Shown piece by piece: positions 52,012 to 62,002 of a stretch of DNA of 64,000 nt (the stretch's first letter is position 1; each line of letters begins with the position of its first letter). The position numbers and the translations under genes were made by a program. The notes under the pieces are model-generated. The model was given only the letters and a program-made list of their open reading frames with translations, was not told the DNA's origin and did not search any database. The stretch is from contig CAVVZZ010000013.1 in the NCBI GenBank assembly GCA_963752915.1, positions 24,954 through 88,953 of the forward strand. The letters run 5' to 3'. Origin of the DNA: Ignavibacteriota bacterium (lineage in GTDB: Bacteria; Bacteroidota; Ignavibacteria; UBA10030; UBA6906).

Positions 52012-52047
52012 TCTAGATTTTAGAGTTCAGATTTTAGATTAGATTAG
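52012..52047. repeat. AT-rich heptamer array
   Basis: TCTAGAT TTTAGAG TTCAGAT TTTAGAT TAGATTA. Confidence 0.75.
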
Positions 52048-52078
52048 TCCGGCCGTGGTGAAGACTGGGGACAGGCCC

Positions 52079-52118
52079 GGGACAGTACAGTAAACAGTAG
52101 ACAGTTGACAGTGAGAGA
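52079..52118. repeat. NNNACAG heptamer array
   Basis: GGGACAG TACAG TAAACAG TAGACAG TTGACAG TGAGAGA. Confidence 0.75.
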
Positions 52119-52440
52119 GGTGCTTATCGAAAGTGATTAACCGATATCCAGTCCGATGAATACTGGGATTTTCATCAAGAATTGTGGTGTTTGAAAGATT
52201 CCTTTTAAAGTCATATATTGAGCCCATCTTCAGGGGATCCTGTTCTTTTCCTACTAACCCTTTGATGGTCGGCCGAACAGTCTTCGTTCGTCATCCGGTA
52301 ATCGTCCACACGGCGTGTCCGCCAGAGGCGCAGAGCCACGTCTGCTCCTCCGCAAGAGTCTTCCGCACTTTCGACCCTGATTCCTTCTCAAATCGCGCTC
52401 ATCCGCGACATCCGCTATCGCCACTATCGAAGGCCCTGCC

Positions 52441-53601
52441 ATGAGCGTTTCCCGCTGGTCTGAGTCCTTGCTCGACGAAATGCGCACCCAGGGCGATCCG
52501 CTCGCGGACGAAAGTCTGCATTCGATCATCCATTCCGATGAGGCGGGTGTCGTTCGCTTGCTCTTTCGACAGATGAATGCCAACGATGAAATCCCGCCCG
52601 GGAACGTGTTCCCGGGCCTGGCACATTTCTTCGAAGAGACGAACGCGCTTCCGGCCGGTGTCGACCAGGAGCGGATTCACCGGGGGGAACATGTATTCAT
52701 CCGAAACGTCTACCTTGCCGCGCTCGCACTCCTGACGAAGAGCCTGCCCGAAGGGTATGCCGCACCGAACCTCTCGATCATCCTGAACATCTCCGGCGAG
52801 CTGCGCACGCACACCTTCCGCAGGCTCCTTGCCACTCTTCAAACCGTGATCAATGTATCGTCCTGCCGCGGATTCCAACATGGTGGAAGGGCGGTCATCA
52901 CTGCGCAGAAGCTGCGACTGCTTCACGCAGGGATCCGCCATCTCACGAGAAAATACCGGCCGGATTACGAGCCGCTCTACGGAGTGCCGGTGAATCAGGA
53001 AGACATGCTCGGCACGATCATGGGTTTTTCTCTCCTGGTTCTCCGCGGGCTCCGGACCCTCGGGGCGGGATTGTCGCGCCAGGAGGAAAACGACTTCCTC
53101 TATCTCTGGCTCGTCTTCGCGAGAATGATGGGAGTCTATCCTCACGCGGACCCGGATGACGTCTCCTATATTCCTGCGGACATCGACGATGCCGAGGCGT
53201 TCTACACGCTGTATGAACAGCGTCACTATGTTGATGCCGCCGGGAACCCTGACGGCGTCGCCCTGGGACAAGCGAACCTTGAAATGCTCGAGCAGATGAT
53301 TCCGTTCCCATTTCGCTTTCTTGGCTTTCGATCGATGCCGAGAATCTGCATGCAGGAAATGATGGGACAGGAAGGGATCGTCAGGATTGCGATCGAACCC
53401 CTTCATGGACACGCCATCCTGCGGTGGATCCTGCGACACCTCCACGCATTGATCCGTCCATATATGAGCGTCGCACCCATGGTCGATGGACACCTCGGCA
53501 TGGGCCTGCTCCAGTATTTGATCAACAGGACCTACGGGGGAGAAGTGACATTCAGCGTTCCCATCGATTTGAAAGAACTCAAAGAGATTGACAGCCACTA
53601 G
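52441..53601 (+). CDS. MpaB/DUF2236-family oxygenase-like protein
   Basis: 386-aa ORF with strong third-position GC bias; the antisense 399-aa ORF was rejected. QKLRLLHAGIRHL and FLYLWLVFARMMGV resemble the DUF2236 family from memory. Confidence 0.5.
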   Translation: MSVSRWSESLLDEMRTQGDPLADESLHSIIHSDEAGVVRLLFRQMNANDEIPPGNVFPGLAHFFEETNALPAGVDQERIHRGEHVFIRNVYLAALALLTKSLPEGYAAPNLSIILNISGELRTHTFRRLLATLQTVINVSSCRGFQHGGRAVITAQKLRLLHAGIRHLTRKYRPDYEPLYGVPVNQEDMLGTIMGFSLLVLRGLRTLGAGLSRQEENDFLYLWLVFARMMGVYPHADPDDVSYIPADIDDAEAFYTLYEQRHYVDAAGNPDGVALGQANLEMLEQMIPFPFRFLGFRSMPRICMQEMMGQEGIVRIAIEPLHGHAILRWILRHLHALIRPYMSVAPMVDGHLGMGLLQYLINRTYGGEVTFSVPIDLKELKEIDSH

Positions 53602-53623
53602 TATCTCGGTGAAAGGGTAGAGT

Positions 53624-54301
53624 ATGGAGCAACTGGTGAACCTCAGGGACTACTCGCCATTCGAGCTCGTCCTGTTCGGCGTGGGTTGCTACATGTGGGT
53701 TGTGGTCTATATCCTCTATATCCGGCGCATTGCAAAAGGGGAGAGCATCGGCATGCCCGTCTTTGCCGCGTGCAGCAATTTCGGGTGGGAGATCGTCTGG
53801 GGTGTGATCCCACCGTCGACGGATATGGGCCCGCTCCTTGTCTGGGCCTATCGCGCATGGTTCTTCCTCGACCTGTACATCATCTACGGCGTCTATCGTT
53901 ACGGCTCGGTCCAGATTGTAACCCCCGAGCTGAAGGCGTATTTCAAACCCTTCGTGGTCCTGTCAGTTGTCGGATGGGCGGTCCTCTACTATTTTTTCAA
54001 GTCGGGAGGGTATGACACCCCCATCGGAGCGACCTCCGCGTACATAGCGCAGATGTTCATCTCGGTCCTCTATCTGCTTCTCCTTCTCCGTCGTTCCTCC
54101 GCGGTGGTGGAGCTGACGTCCGTCACCTGGCTGCGCTCGGTCGGGACAGGATTGAATACGATCTTTCTTCTTCACCACTACCCTGGAAAACCCTTTCTCC
54201 TGTCGCTCGGACTGATGTCCCTGGTCATCGATGCGATCTATATTTATCTGACGTTCAGATTCAGGAGGGTCGAGACCAGTGCAATCCCGTCTGCCGTTTG
54301 A
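53624..54301 (+). CDS. Hypothetical polytopic membrane protein (about 6-7 TM helices)
   Basis: 225 aa, hydrophobic throughout. No family motif recognised. Overlaps the GTG start of the next gene by 23 nt. Confidence 0.5.
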   Translation: MEQLVNLRDYSPFELVLFGVGCYMWVVVYILYIRRIAKGESIGMPVFAACSNFGWEIVWGVIPPSTDMGPLLVWAYRAWFFLDLYIIYGVYRYGSVQIVTPELKAYFKPFVVLSVVGWAVLYYFFKSGGYDTPIGATSAYIAQMFISVLYLLLLLRRSSAVVELTSVTWLRSVGTGLNTIFLLHHYPGKPFLLSLGLMSLVIDAIYIYLTFRFRRVETSAIPSAV

Positions 54302-57300
54302 AATCCCCGGATACAGCCCGCCGGAGCAGGTTGCTCGCGGCAACGCATCGCTGATCCTGCGCGCACGACGACTCTCGGACAGCCTGCCCGTGATCATCAA
54401 GACGCCGCTTCCCGGGCGGGAACGGCTCAGCGAAGGAGTGCGCCTCTACCATGAATATGAGCTTCTTCGCCTGATTGACCATCCTGGCATAGTCCGTCCC
54501 GTCAGTCTCGAGACCACCGCCGGCGTCCCGGCGTTGGTGCTCGAGGACTTTGGAGGGATGGGCCTGAATGAATATGTTCGCTCGCACCGGCTTGACGTTT
54601 CCACAGCATTGCGGATCGGGCTTCAGGTCACTCTCGCGCTGTCCCGGATCCATGAGCAGCGAATCGTTCACAAGGATATCAACCCCTCAAATCTGATCAT
54701 CAACCCTGCCACTGAACAGGTCAAGATCACCGACTTTGGGATCGCCTCGCAAATTCCCCGGGAAGTTGCCCTGCACACCGGGCCGCGGGTTCTCGAAGGG
54801 ACACTGGAGTATCTCTCTCCCGAGCAGACAGGTCGCGTGAACAGGGTGATCGACTACCGGGCCGATTTCTACGCGCTTGGCGTGACGCTCTATCAACTCC
54901 TTATCGGATGGCTTCCTTTCCAGTCGTCGGATCCGCTTGAACTCGTCCATGCCCACATTGCGCGAAGTCCCGCGGCCCCCTCGGATCTCAACCCGGGAAT
55001 CCCCAAGGCGGTTTCGGACATCGTGATGAAGCTCCTGTCCAAAAACGCGGACGAACGGTATCAGACCGCATTCGGACTTCAATCCGATCTGGAGGAATGT
55101 CTTCGACGAATCGGCTCCGGCGGACGCATCGACGAGTTTACCCCCGGGTTGAAGGACTTCTCTGAACGTTTTCAACTGCCGCAACGACTGTACGGGAGAG
55201 ACGCGGCCGTCCGTTCGCTTCACGAAGCGTTCGACCGCTCGTGCCGGGAGCGCCCCGTTCTCCTCCTCATCAAAGGACCTGCCGGGATCGGGAAATCCGC
55301 CCTTGTGCGGGAACTGCAGGAGCCCATCCTCCGTCGGCGGGGATTATTTGTCTCCGGGAAATTCGACCAGTTCTCTCATGATATCCCGTACGCACCATTT
55401 GCCCATGCCTTTCGGGAATTGATTGATCACCTCCTTTCCCTTGGGGAACAGCAGCTTGAACACGTGCGGGACTCCCTCCGCGAGTCACTCGGTGCGCTGG
55501 CGGGGGTACTGTGTGCGGTCATTCCGGAGACCGCCGTGATCCTGGGCAAACAGCCTGCGCTGGAAGAGTTGCCCAGGGCAGAATCGGAGAACAGGTTCAA
55601 AAGCGCAATCCTCAGGTTCGTGCAGTCGATCGCAAGCAAGGAACGGCCGCTGGTCGTCTTCATCGATGACGTTCAGTGGGCAGACAACGGGTCCGCGGCG
55701 CTCCTCCAGCTCTTGTTGTCCGATGAGCACATAGAAGGACTCATGGTTATCGCTGCATTGCGGCCTGACGAGACCCCCGCGTCGCATCCTCTGTCTCAGA
55801 CATTCAAAGAACTCCTCGATCGCGGGGTGAGCGTTGAATCCATCGAACTTGCCAAGCTCGCAGAGGAGGATATTCTTTCGCTCGTTGCCGAGACCCTCCG
55901 GTGTCCACTGGAAGCCGCGACGGATCTCGCCTTGATGATCGGGGCCAAGACCGACGGGAATCCATATTTCCTCCTGGAATTTCTGAAGTCGCTCCATGAA
56001 GAGAACCTTCTCCGGTTCGACAGTTCATCGCACGAATGGGTGTGGGATATTGAGGAAATTCGCGAGCGGGGGATCACCGACAACGTTGTCTCGCTGGTCG
56101 CAGGGAAGATCGACAAACTGCCGGAGAAGACCAAGCTGGGACTGCATGTTGCGGCCTGCATCGGCAATAGTTTTGATTTGAACACGTATGCGTTGGTCAC
56201 AGGGCAAACGCATCCCCAGGGTGCGGATGCGCTCTGGCCCGCGGTCCAGGAAGGACTGATCTTCCCGATAGGGGATTCGTACAAATTTGTGCGGGACGGT
56301 CACGATCGCGACAAGGAAGGGTCGTACGTTCCTCCCGCGAACTTCCTGGGCGTCTCGTATCGGTTTTCCCATGACAGGGTTCAACAGGCCGCGTATCTGC
56401 GCGAGTCCGCCGGGCAGCGGGCGAAGACCCATCATCTTATTGCCAGAACGCTGCTTGCCGGCGGGATCGCCGGAGATCCTGGCCAACGCCTCTTCGATAT
56501 TGTGGCGCAGTTTACCCTTGGCAGCGCGGAGATCGACGGAGACCTCGAGCGGCGTCAGGTCATGAAGCTGCAACTCCTCGCAGGGAAGCGCGCCAAAGCC
56601 TCTTCCGCGTACGCTGCGGCGTTCAAGTATGTCACTCAGGGGATTGCGCTCCTCCACGATGAGGATTGGACAACGGAGTACGCCCTGTGTCGAGATCTCA
56701 AACTGGAGGAAGGAGAATGCCTCTACCTGCTCGGCCGCTTTGCTGAAGCGGAACTGGTCTTCGACGGGTGTCTCGGCCGGTTTACTCACGTTGCAGACCG
56801 GGCGCGTGTTCACAGTCTAAAGATCGACCAGTACAGCCATATCAGTGACATCGACAAGGCTCTGAACACCGGGATCGAGGCACTGCGGGAACTTGGCGTC
56901 CGGTTGACGCGCCATCCTTCCCGGCTTGCCCTGATCAAGGAGATGGGCATCGCCCGTCTCCGTGTGCGCACTCGCCCCATCGAAAGCCTGATCGATCTCC
57001 CGGCGATGACCGCGGAAAAGCCGCGCTTTGCCGTCAACCTGCTGATGCGTTTGTTCGGCATCGCATATTCGGAGAGCGAGGAGTTCAGCGCCCTCGTCGT
57101 TTCGAAAATGCTGAACCTGACTCTTCGCTACGGGAACTCCGACGTTTCTTCCTATGCGTACGGGATCTACGGGCTTCTGCTCCGCGCAGGGTTCGGGGCG
57201 CACCAGTCCGCGTATCAGCTGGGACTGCTGGGGGTGAAACTCAGCGAGAAGTTCAACAACTCGCTGCTCCGTGGCAGGTGCAATTTTGTGATGGGGACGC

Positions 57301-59507
57301 TGCATAACCACTGGGTCAATCACGCCAGGTCGAACGCGAACTTCATCCGGACCGCTCATCGGTTCAGCTACGAAACCGGCGACCTCCTCTACGCTTCGTA
57401 TGCGTTGTCACAGCAGGTGATGGCCCTTGTCGTCACCGGTGCTCCGCTGCGCACCGTGGAAGAACAGTCCGCTTCCTGCCTCGAATTCGTCCGGTCGATT
57501 CACCATGACGATATCGCACACTATTTTGTCGTCCCCCTGCAGTACGTCCGGAACCTGTGCGGGAAGACTGCATCGCCGTCATCATTCGGGGACGATGCGT
57601 TCAATGAAACAGCGTACCGCGCATCGCTCGATTCGACCCGGTATACACCCCCGCGGATGTATTATCGTTTTCTCAAGATGGAGTGCCTCTGCATCCGCGG
57701 CCTGTATGACGAGGCGATCGCCGTGGCGCACGAGTCGGAACCGTTCCGGCACGCGTTGATCGGACAGGTTGCGGAATGGGAGTTTACGTTCTTCTACGCC
57801 ATCGCCCTGGCGCGGTCGACGTCGGCAGCGACGGGTGCCCGGAAGACGCTCCGCCGTTTGGAGCGCACCCTTGCGCGATGGGCCGTATACTGCCCGACAA
57901 ACCTCGAAGGCCGACACCTCCTTGTGCAGGCGGAGCTTGATCGACTCGAGGGGAGGACGGAATCGGCGTTGGTGGCATATGACCGAGCCATCCAATCGTC
58001 GCGTGAACAGGGATTCACGCACATCGAAGCTCTTGCGAGCGAATATGCAGGCCGCTTTCATCTGGAACAGGGACGTCAGCGGATTGCCATTGACTATCTT
58101 TCTTCTGCCATGGAAGGATTCAGTCATTGGGGGGCAACCGCCAAGGCGAAGGATCTTCAGCAGGAATTCGCCACGCTCCTTCCGTTGTCTCAGGATACCG
58201 GCGCGACGGGGAAGGGCGGCAGACCATCCCAGACACTGACCGGCGCCTCCGTCCTTTCGCTGGATTTGGTCTCCGTTTTGAAGGCATCGCAGGCCCTTTC
58301 GAGCGAGATCGTGTTGCCCCGCCTGCTTGATCGGATGCTGGAGATTGTCGTGGAAAACGCAGGGGCGGAGCGCGCGGTATTTGTCACGGAGCACAAGACA
58401 TCGCTCATGATCGAAGCAGAGAGAGATATCCGTGCCAAACGGTCGCGCGTCCAGCTTTCCGAGCCGCTGGATGGCTCCCCGCTCGCCTGCGAAGCGATTG
58501 TGCGCTATGTCGCCCGGACACACCAGGATATCGTGATTCACGATGCCAGAGGTGACGGCCGGTTTTCCTCCGACACGTATCTCTCCGCGAATCATCCCAA
58601 ATCCATCCTCTGCACCGCCGTGATGCACCAGGGGAAGCTCGCGGGGATTTTGTATCTCGAAAACAATCTCATCGAAGGGGCATTCACTCCCGATCGCGTG
58701 GAGGTGCTTCGGCTCCTGTCGACGCAGATCGCTGTCTCAATCGAGAATGCGCGCTATCACGAACAAGGGAGAGAGCTTGCGCGAATGCAGGAAGAATTCC
58801 GGCTGGCCGCGACCATCCAGCAGGAACTGCTTCCCCAAACGGCGCCGGAGATTTCGGGGTACTCCATTTGCGGGCGCAACATTCCGGCGCTTGCGGTCGG
58901 AGGGGACTATTTTGATTTCATTCGCATGGATGAGAGCCGTCTTGCCGTGTGCATCGGCGATGTGTCCGGGAAAGGCCTTCCCGCATCGCTCTTGATGGCG
59001 AATCTCCAGGCGACCCTACGGGGACAAACGCTGCTGCGCTCTAGCCCCTCGGAATGCTTGCGGCGCGCCAATCATCTCCTTCATGCAAGCACCAGCCCTG
59101 AGAAGTTTGCGACGCTCTTCTATGCGATTCTCGACACGTCCCTTCACCGGCTCCACTACTGCAATGCAGGACACGAACATCCCCTGCTTCTCCGTGCGGA
59201 TGGAAGCAGCACGCTTTTGGCGAAAGGGGGGATCGGTCTCGGAATGCTGGAAGACTTTGCGTTCGAAGAGGAATCCGTCGACTTTGGACATGGCGATCTT
59301 CTCCTCATGTATACCGACGGAATTACGGAAGCCATGGATCAACGGTTGGAACAATTCGGAAGGGACCGTCTGCTCTCACTCGTCCTGGAATCGCGGAATC
59401 ATATGGCGGAGTCGACAGTGAATGCGGTCATCGCGGCGGTCAACGCGCACAGAAACGACTGGCCCCAATCGGACGATATCACGCTCGTCGCAGTCGAGCG
59501 ATCATAG
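54279..59507 (+). CDS. Multidomain regulator: Ser/Thr protein kinase, AAA/STAND-type ATPase, long helical (TPR-like) region, GAF, and PP2C/SpoIIE phosphatase
   Basis: GTG start about 10 nt after AGGAGGG. Kinase motifs VHKDINPSNLII, ITDFGIAS, LEYLSPEQ. P-loop GPAGIGKSALV and Walker B VVFIDDVQWAD. PP2C motifs GGDYFDF, GDVSGKGLPASLLMA, MYTDGITEA, DDITLVAV. Confidence 0.85.
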   Translation: MQSRLPFEIPGYSPPEQVARGNASLILRARRLSDSLPVIIKTPLPGRERLSEGVRLYHEYELLRLIDHPGIVRPVSLETTAGVPALVLEDFGGMGLNEYVRSHRLDVSTALRIGLQVTLALSRIHEQRIVHKDINPSNLIINPATEQVKITDFGIASQIPREVALHTGPRVLEGTLEYLSPEQTGRVNRVIDYRADFYALGVTLYQLLIGWLPFQSSDPLELVHAHIARSPAAPSDLNPGIPKAVSDIVMKLLSKNADERYQTAFGLQSDLEECLRRIGSGGRIDEFTPGLKDFSERFQLPQRLYGRDAAVRSLHEAFDRSCRERPVLLLIKGPAGIGKSALVRELQEPILRRRGLFVSGKFDQFSHDIPYAPFAHAFRELIDHLLSLGEQQLEHVRDSLRESLGALAGVLCAVIPETAVILGKQPALEELPRAESENRFKSAILRFVQSIASKERPLVVFIDDVQWADNGSAALLQLLLSDEHIEGLMVIAALRPDETPASHPLSQTFKELLDRGVSVESIELAKLAEEDILSLVAETLRCPLEAATDLALMIGAKTDGNPYFLLEFLKSLHEENLLRFDSSSHEWVWDIEEIRERGITDNVVSLVAGKIDKLPEKTKLGLHVAACIGNSFDLNTYALVTGQTHPQGADALWPAVQEGLIFPIGDSYKFVRDGHDRDKEGSYVPPANFLGVSYRFSHDRVQQAAYLRESAGQRAKTHHLIARTLLAGGIAGDPGQRLFDIVAQFTLGSAEIDGDLERRQVMKLQLLAGKRAKASSAYAAAFKYVTQGIALLHDEDWTTEYALCRDLKLEEGECLYLLGRFAEAELVFDGCLGRFTHVADRARVHSLKIDQYSHISDIDKALNTGIEALRELGVRLTRHPSRLALIKEMGIARLRVRTRPIESLIDLPAMTAEKPRFAVNLLMRLFGIAYSESEEFSALVVSKMLNLTLRYGNSDVSSYAYGIYGLLLRAGFGAHQSAYQLGLLGVKLSEKFNNSLLRGRCNFVMGTLHNHWVNHARSNANFIRTAHRFSYETGDLLYASYALSQQVMALVVTGAPLRTVEEQSASCLEFVRSIHHDDIAHYFVVPLQYVRNLCGKTASPSSFGDDAFNETAYRASLDSTRYTPPRMYYRFLKMECLCIRGLYDEAIAVAHESEPFRHALIGQVAEWEFTFFYAIALARSTSAATGARKTLRRLERTLARWAVYCPTNLEGRHLLVQAELDRLEGRTESALVAYDRAIQSSREQGFTHIEALASEYAGRFHLEQGRQRIAIDYLSSAMEGFSHWGATAKAKDLQQEFATLLPLSQDTGATGKGGRPSQTLTGASVLSLDLVSVLKASQALSSEIVLPRLLDRMLEIVVENAGAERAVFVTEHKTSLMIEAERDIRAKRSRVQLSEPLDGSPLACEAIVRYVARTHQDIVIHDARGDGRFSSDTYLSANHPKSILCTAVMHQGKLAGILYLENNLIEGAFTPDRVEVLRLLSTQIAVSIENARYHEQGRELARMQEEFRLAATIQQELLPQTAPEISGYSICGRNIPALAVGGDYFDFIRMDESRLAVCIGDVSGKGLPASLLMANLQATLRGQTLLRSSPSECLRRANHLLHASTSPEKFATLFYAILDTSLHRLHYCNAGHEHPLLLRADGSSTLLAKGGIGLGMLEDFAFEEESVDFGHGDLLLMYTDGITEAMDQRLEQFGRDRLLSLVLESRNHMAESTVNAVIAAVNAHRNDWPQSDDITLVAVERS

Positions 59508-59534
59508 CATGACCGGTTCGAGGTCGTGGACGGC

Positions 59535-61145
59535 CTAGAGCCACAGCCCCAGCTCAAACTGAAACCGGACGCTGTTCATGGTGTTGTCAAGAATGTAGTC
59601 GCCCCGGAGGATGCCGTACCAGCTCCGGGAGAATCGATATTGGGTATCGAGCGAAAATGTCTGCGTCAGATACACTTGATGGAGAACGTCGATTCCGAAT
59701 GCGTAATGGTCATACCGGAGAGTGACATCGAGGTCCCGGAACAGGACACGGTCCAGCTCGACGGTCGCATCGTTCCCCGTCAGGAACGTGCTGATGGCAT
59801 TGGTGTACCGCAGAGTGGCGTTGCATCCCGTCGCGAACACGTCGTATGCCCTCATCGATCCGGAAAGGGTATGAGAAGGGCGCGCATCACCTTGACGGGA
59901 TCGGTATCCTGCCGATCCCGAAAACGCCAGGTCCTTCCAGGGGCGCACTGTCAGGCTCAGCCGGACACCATGCTGCAACGCTTCACTGAACAGGCTGTCC
60001 GGGATGCTCTTCATCGTCTCAAAGAGATAGACGCTGCGCGATTCATCGTAGCTGATGCTTCCCGACAACCACCAGGCATAGGTGTAGTTGAGAAAGAGCG
60101 ACGCGTTGGAAAGACCTGCAGTCGACGTCCTTTGACTATTGTGGATGCCGTTCAACTCGAGGTCTGCATTGCCGAACGCCTGGAATGAAGAACCCAGGAA
60201 GGTCGAGCCCTGGAGGGTCAAAAATTGACGATCGAGATTCCCGTTGAGCGTCTGCCGCGCATACGCGATTGTTCCCTCATAATCGTGGAATGCGCTGTCC
60301 CTCTCCTGGACGCCGACGAACACCGCTGACTTCATCTGGTCCCCGCTGATGCCGAGTGCCGATTGCCCGACAGCACGCCCCGCAATTGCGCCCGCGACGA
60401 CTCCCGATTCACGGACAAGAACCTGACCGCCGTCGAACAGCCCAAGACTCCCGACATATCCGGACACCATCCTGCCGAGCGCAAAACCGAAATGATCCGT
60501 TGGCTGGTCCATCGATAGCCTGAAGTCGTATACGTCGATCCGGGATTTGTTGTTCGTGCCGAATTGGGGGTAGGCATTGGTGAGATCGGTGACGCCACGC
60601 GCGTTAAGCGAGAAATTCATGCCTGTCCCCCCGAGGTCTTCCACGTTCAGCATGGCCGCAACGGAAGGCTCCTGGAGGTTCAGCCGTGAATCCTCCGCGA
60701 GTTCTCCGAAGTATTGGAGGGCGATTCTTCCGCGAATTGTGTTCTCCGTGTGCCGCGTAAAGGAGAGCCCCACCAGGCCTCGATCATTCGACTCTCCTGC
60801 CCGCGCAGTGAGCGAATCTGCCGGCCGGGGGACCTTCAGGACGACCGGTGTTCCCCCTCTCCGGATGACGCCGGCATCGCCGATGTGCATCAGGGAATCG
60901 ACGGACGCGATGCGCGCAAGGGAGGAGTGAGGCGCCACGATGGAAATGATCGCCGTACCGATCTCCGACCCTGATCGAAGGACGGTGACGGTATCGCCGA
61001 CGATGACCCCTTCTTCCGATCCCGAATCGAAGTAGACATGGGTTGATGTGACGAAGGTGACTTTCACCTCCATGCGCGCCGGCGTCTGTGCCCATGCAGT
61101 GCCGCCTGCAACCAGAAGAAGGAAGGAGAGAAAACGGATAGTCAC
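59535..61145 (-). CDS. Probable outer-membrane beta-barrel protein with N-terminal soluble domain, last gene of the multiheme cytochrome operon
   Basis: ORF 59535..61325. The preferred start is the GTG at 61145 (MTIRFLSFLLLVAGGTAWAQ), 10 nt after the upstream stop and preceded by GGGGGA; the ATG at 61202 is an alternative. The remainder is rich in alternating strands. Ends ...VRFQFELGLWL. Confidence 0.55.
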   Translation of the reverse strand: MTIRFLSFLLLVAGGTAWAQTPARMEVKVTFVTSTHVYFDSGSEEGVIVGDTVTVLRSGSEIGTAIISIVAPHSSLARIASVDSLMHIGDAGVIRRGGTPVVLKVPRPADSLTARAGESNDRGLVGLSFTRHTENTIRGRIALQYFGELAEDSRLNLQEPSVAAMLNVEDLGGTGMNFSLNARGVTDLTNAYPQFGTNNKSRIDVYDFRLSMDQPTDHFGFALGRMVSGYVGSLGLFDGGQVLVRESGVVAGAIAGRAVGQSALGISGDQMKSAVFVGVQERDSAFHDYEGTIAYARQTLNGNLDRQFLTLQGSTFLGSSFQAFGNADLELNGIHNSQRTSTAGLSNASLFLNYTYAWWLSGSISYDESRSVYLFETMKSIPDSLFSEALQHGVRLSLTVRPWKDLAFSGSAGYRSRQGDARPSHTLSGSMRAYDVFATGCNATLRYTNAISTFLTGNDATVELDRVLFRDLDVTLRYDHYAFGIDVLHQVYLTQTFSLDTQYRFSRSWYGILRGDYILDNTMNSVRFQFELGLWL

Positions 61146-61155
61146 TGATCCCCCG

Positions 61156-61959
61156 CTATGGCCGTGGATGGCACCGATAGCATGCCGTGCTCTTGTACTC
61201 ATACCCCTCGCGTCCGCTGTGCGTAGCATCAGTCCGCGATTTGGTGTGTTCGTGGCAATAGATGCATTCAAAGTTGGTATAGACCGGCTGTTGGAGGTGG
61301 CAATCGTTGCACGTATTCCAGACACCGGGATGGTGGGTTGATCCCTGGCTGATCGGGAAGAAATTGTCGTGCGGGTAAAACGAGGCGGGCTGCCACGTCA
61401 GCGCACGGTGGCACGTTGCGCACTCGGTGGAGAACCCGGCCTGTTGATGATTGGGGTTCGTCGTTGCAAGATACGCGGCCCGGTGGCACGCCACACATTC
61501 GACCGGAGTCCCACGGAAGCGGTTGTTCGTGTGGCATGCAGTGCACGGCACATTTTCATGAATGCCTCTCGTTGGGAAATCCGTCTTATCGTGGTCGAAG
61601 GAGACCAGCCATGACGATTGATCCGAGGCATGACACAGGGTACAGTCGGTCGAAAACGCGGCGAGGCGATGATCCACCGTCGGAGCCCCGTCGAAATCCT
61701 TGCGATGGCACCCAATGCATTCCATCGTCGTTCCGGCAAACCGCAGATTCCGGTGGCAGGAGACACAATCGACATGCCTGTGGGCTCCGCGGAGGGGGAA
61801 CGACGTCGTGTCGTGATCGAAGGTCGAAGGAATGGAAACCTGGTTCCAGGAGTCGGTTGTGTGACACTCGCTACAGCGCATGGACAGCGGGCCATGGGGC
61901 GACACCTGGGCAGAGAGCGCGAGAGGCCAGAGGGAGAGGAGAACAAGGGCCTTGAGCAT
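61156..61959 (-). CDS. Decaheme c-type cytochrome, secreted
   Basis: Signal peptide MLKALVLLSLWPLALSAQ. Ten CxxCH motifs: CSECH, CVSCH, CIGCH, CTLCH, CTACH, CVACH, CATCH, CNDCH, CIYCH, CYRCH. Confidence 0.9.
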   Translation of the reverse strand: MLKALVLLSLWPLALSAQVSPHGPLSMRCSECHTTDSWNQVSIPSTFDHDTTSFPLRGAHRHVDCVSCHRNLRFAGTTMECIGCHRKDFDGAPTVDHRLAAFSTDCTLCHASDQSSWLVSFDHDKTDFPTRGIHENVPCTACHTNNRFRGTPVECVACHRAAYLATTNPNHQQAGFSTECATCHRALTWQPASFYPHDNFFPISQGSTHHPGVWNTCNDCHLQQPVYTNFECIYCHEHTKSRTDATHSGREGYEYKSTACYRCHPRP

Positions 61960-62002
61960 CAATGGAGACCTGTAATCAGTCGATCAGTGTGAGTGGATTT
62001 GA

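Noticed and set aside
52399-53598. 399-aa minus-strand ORF opposite the MpaB-like gene
   Set aside because: The plus frame shows the strong third-position G/C bias and family-like motifs. The minus frame does not.
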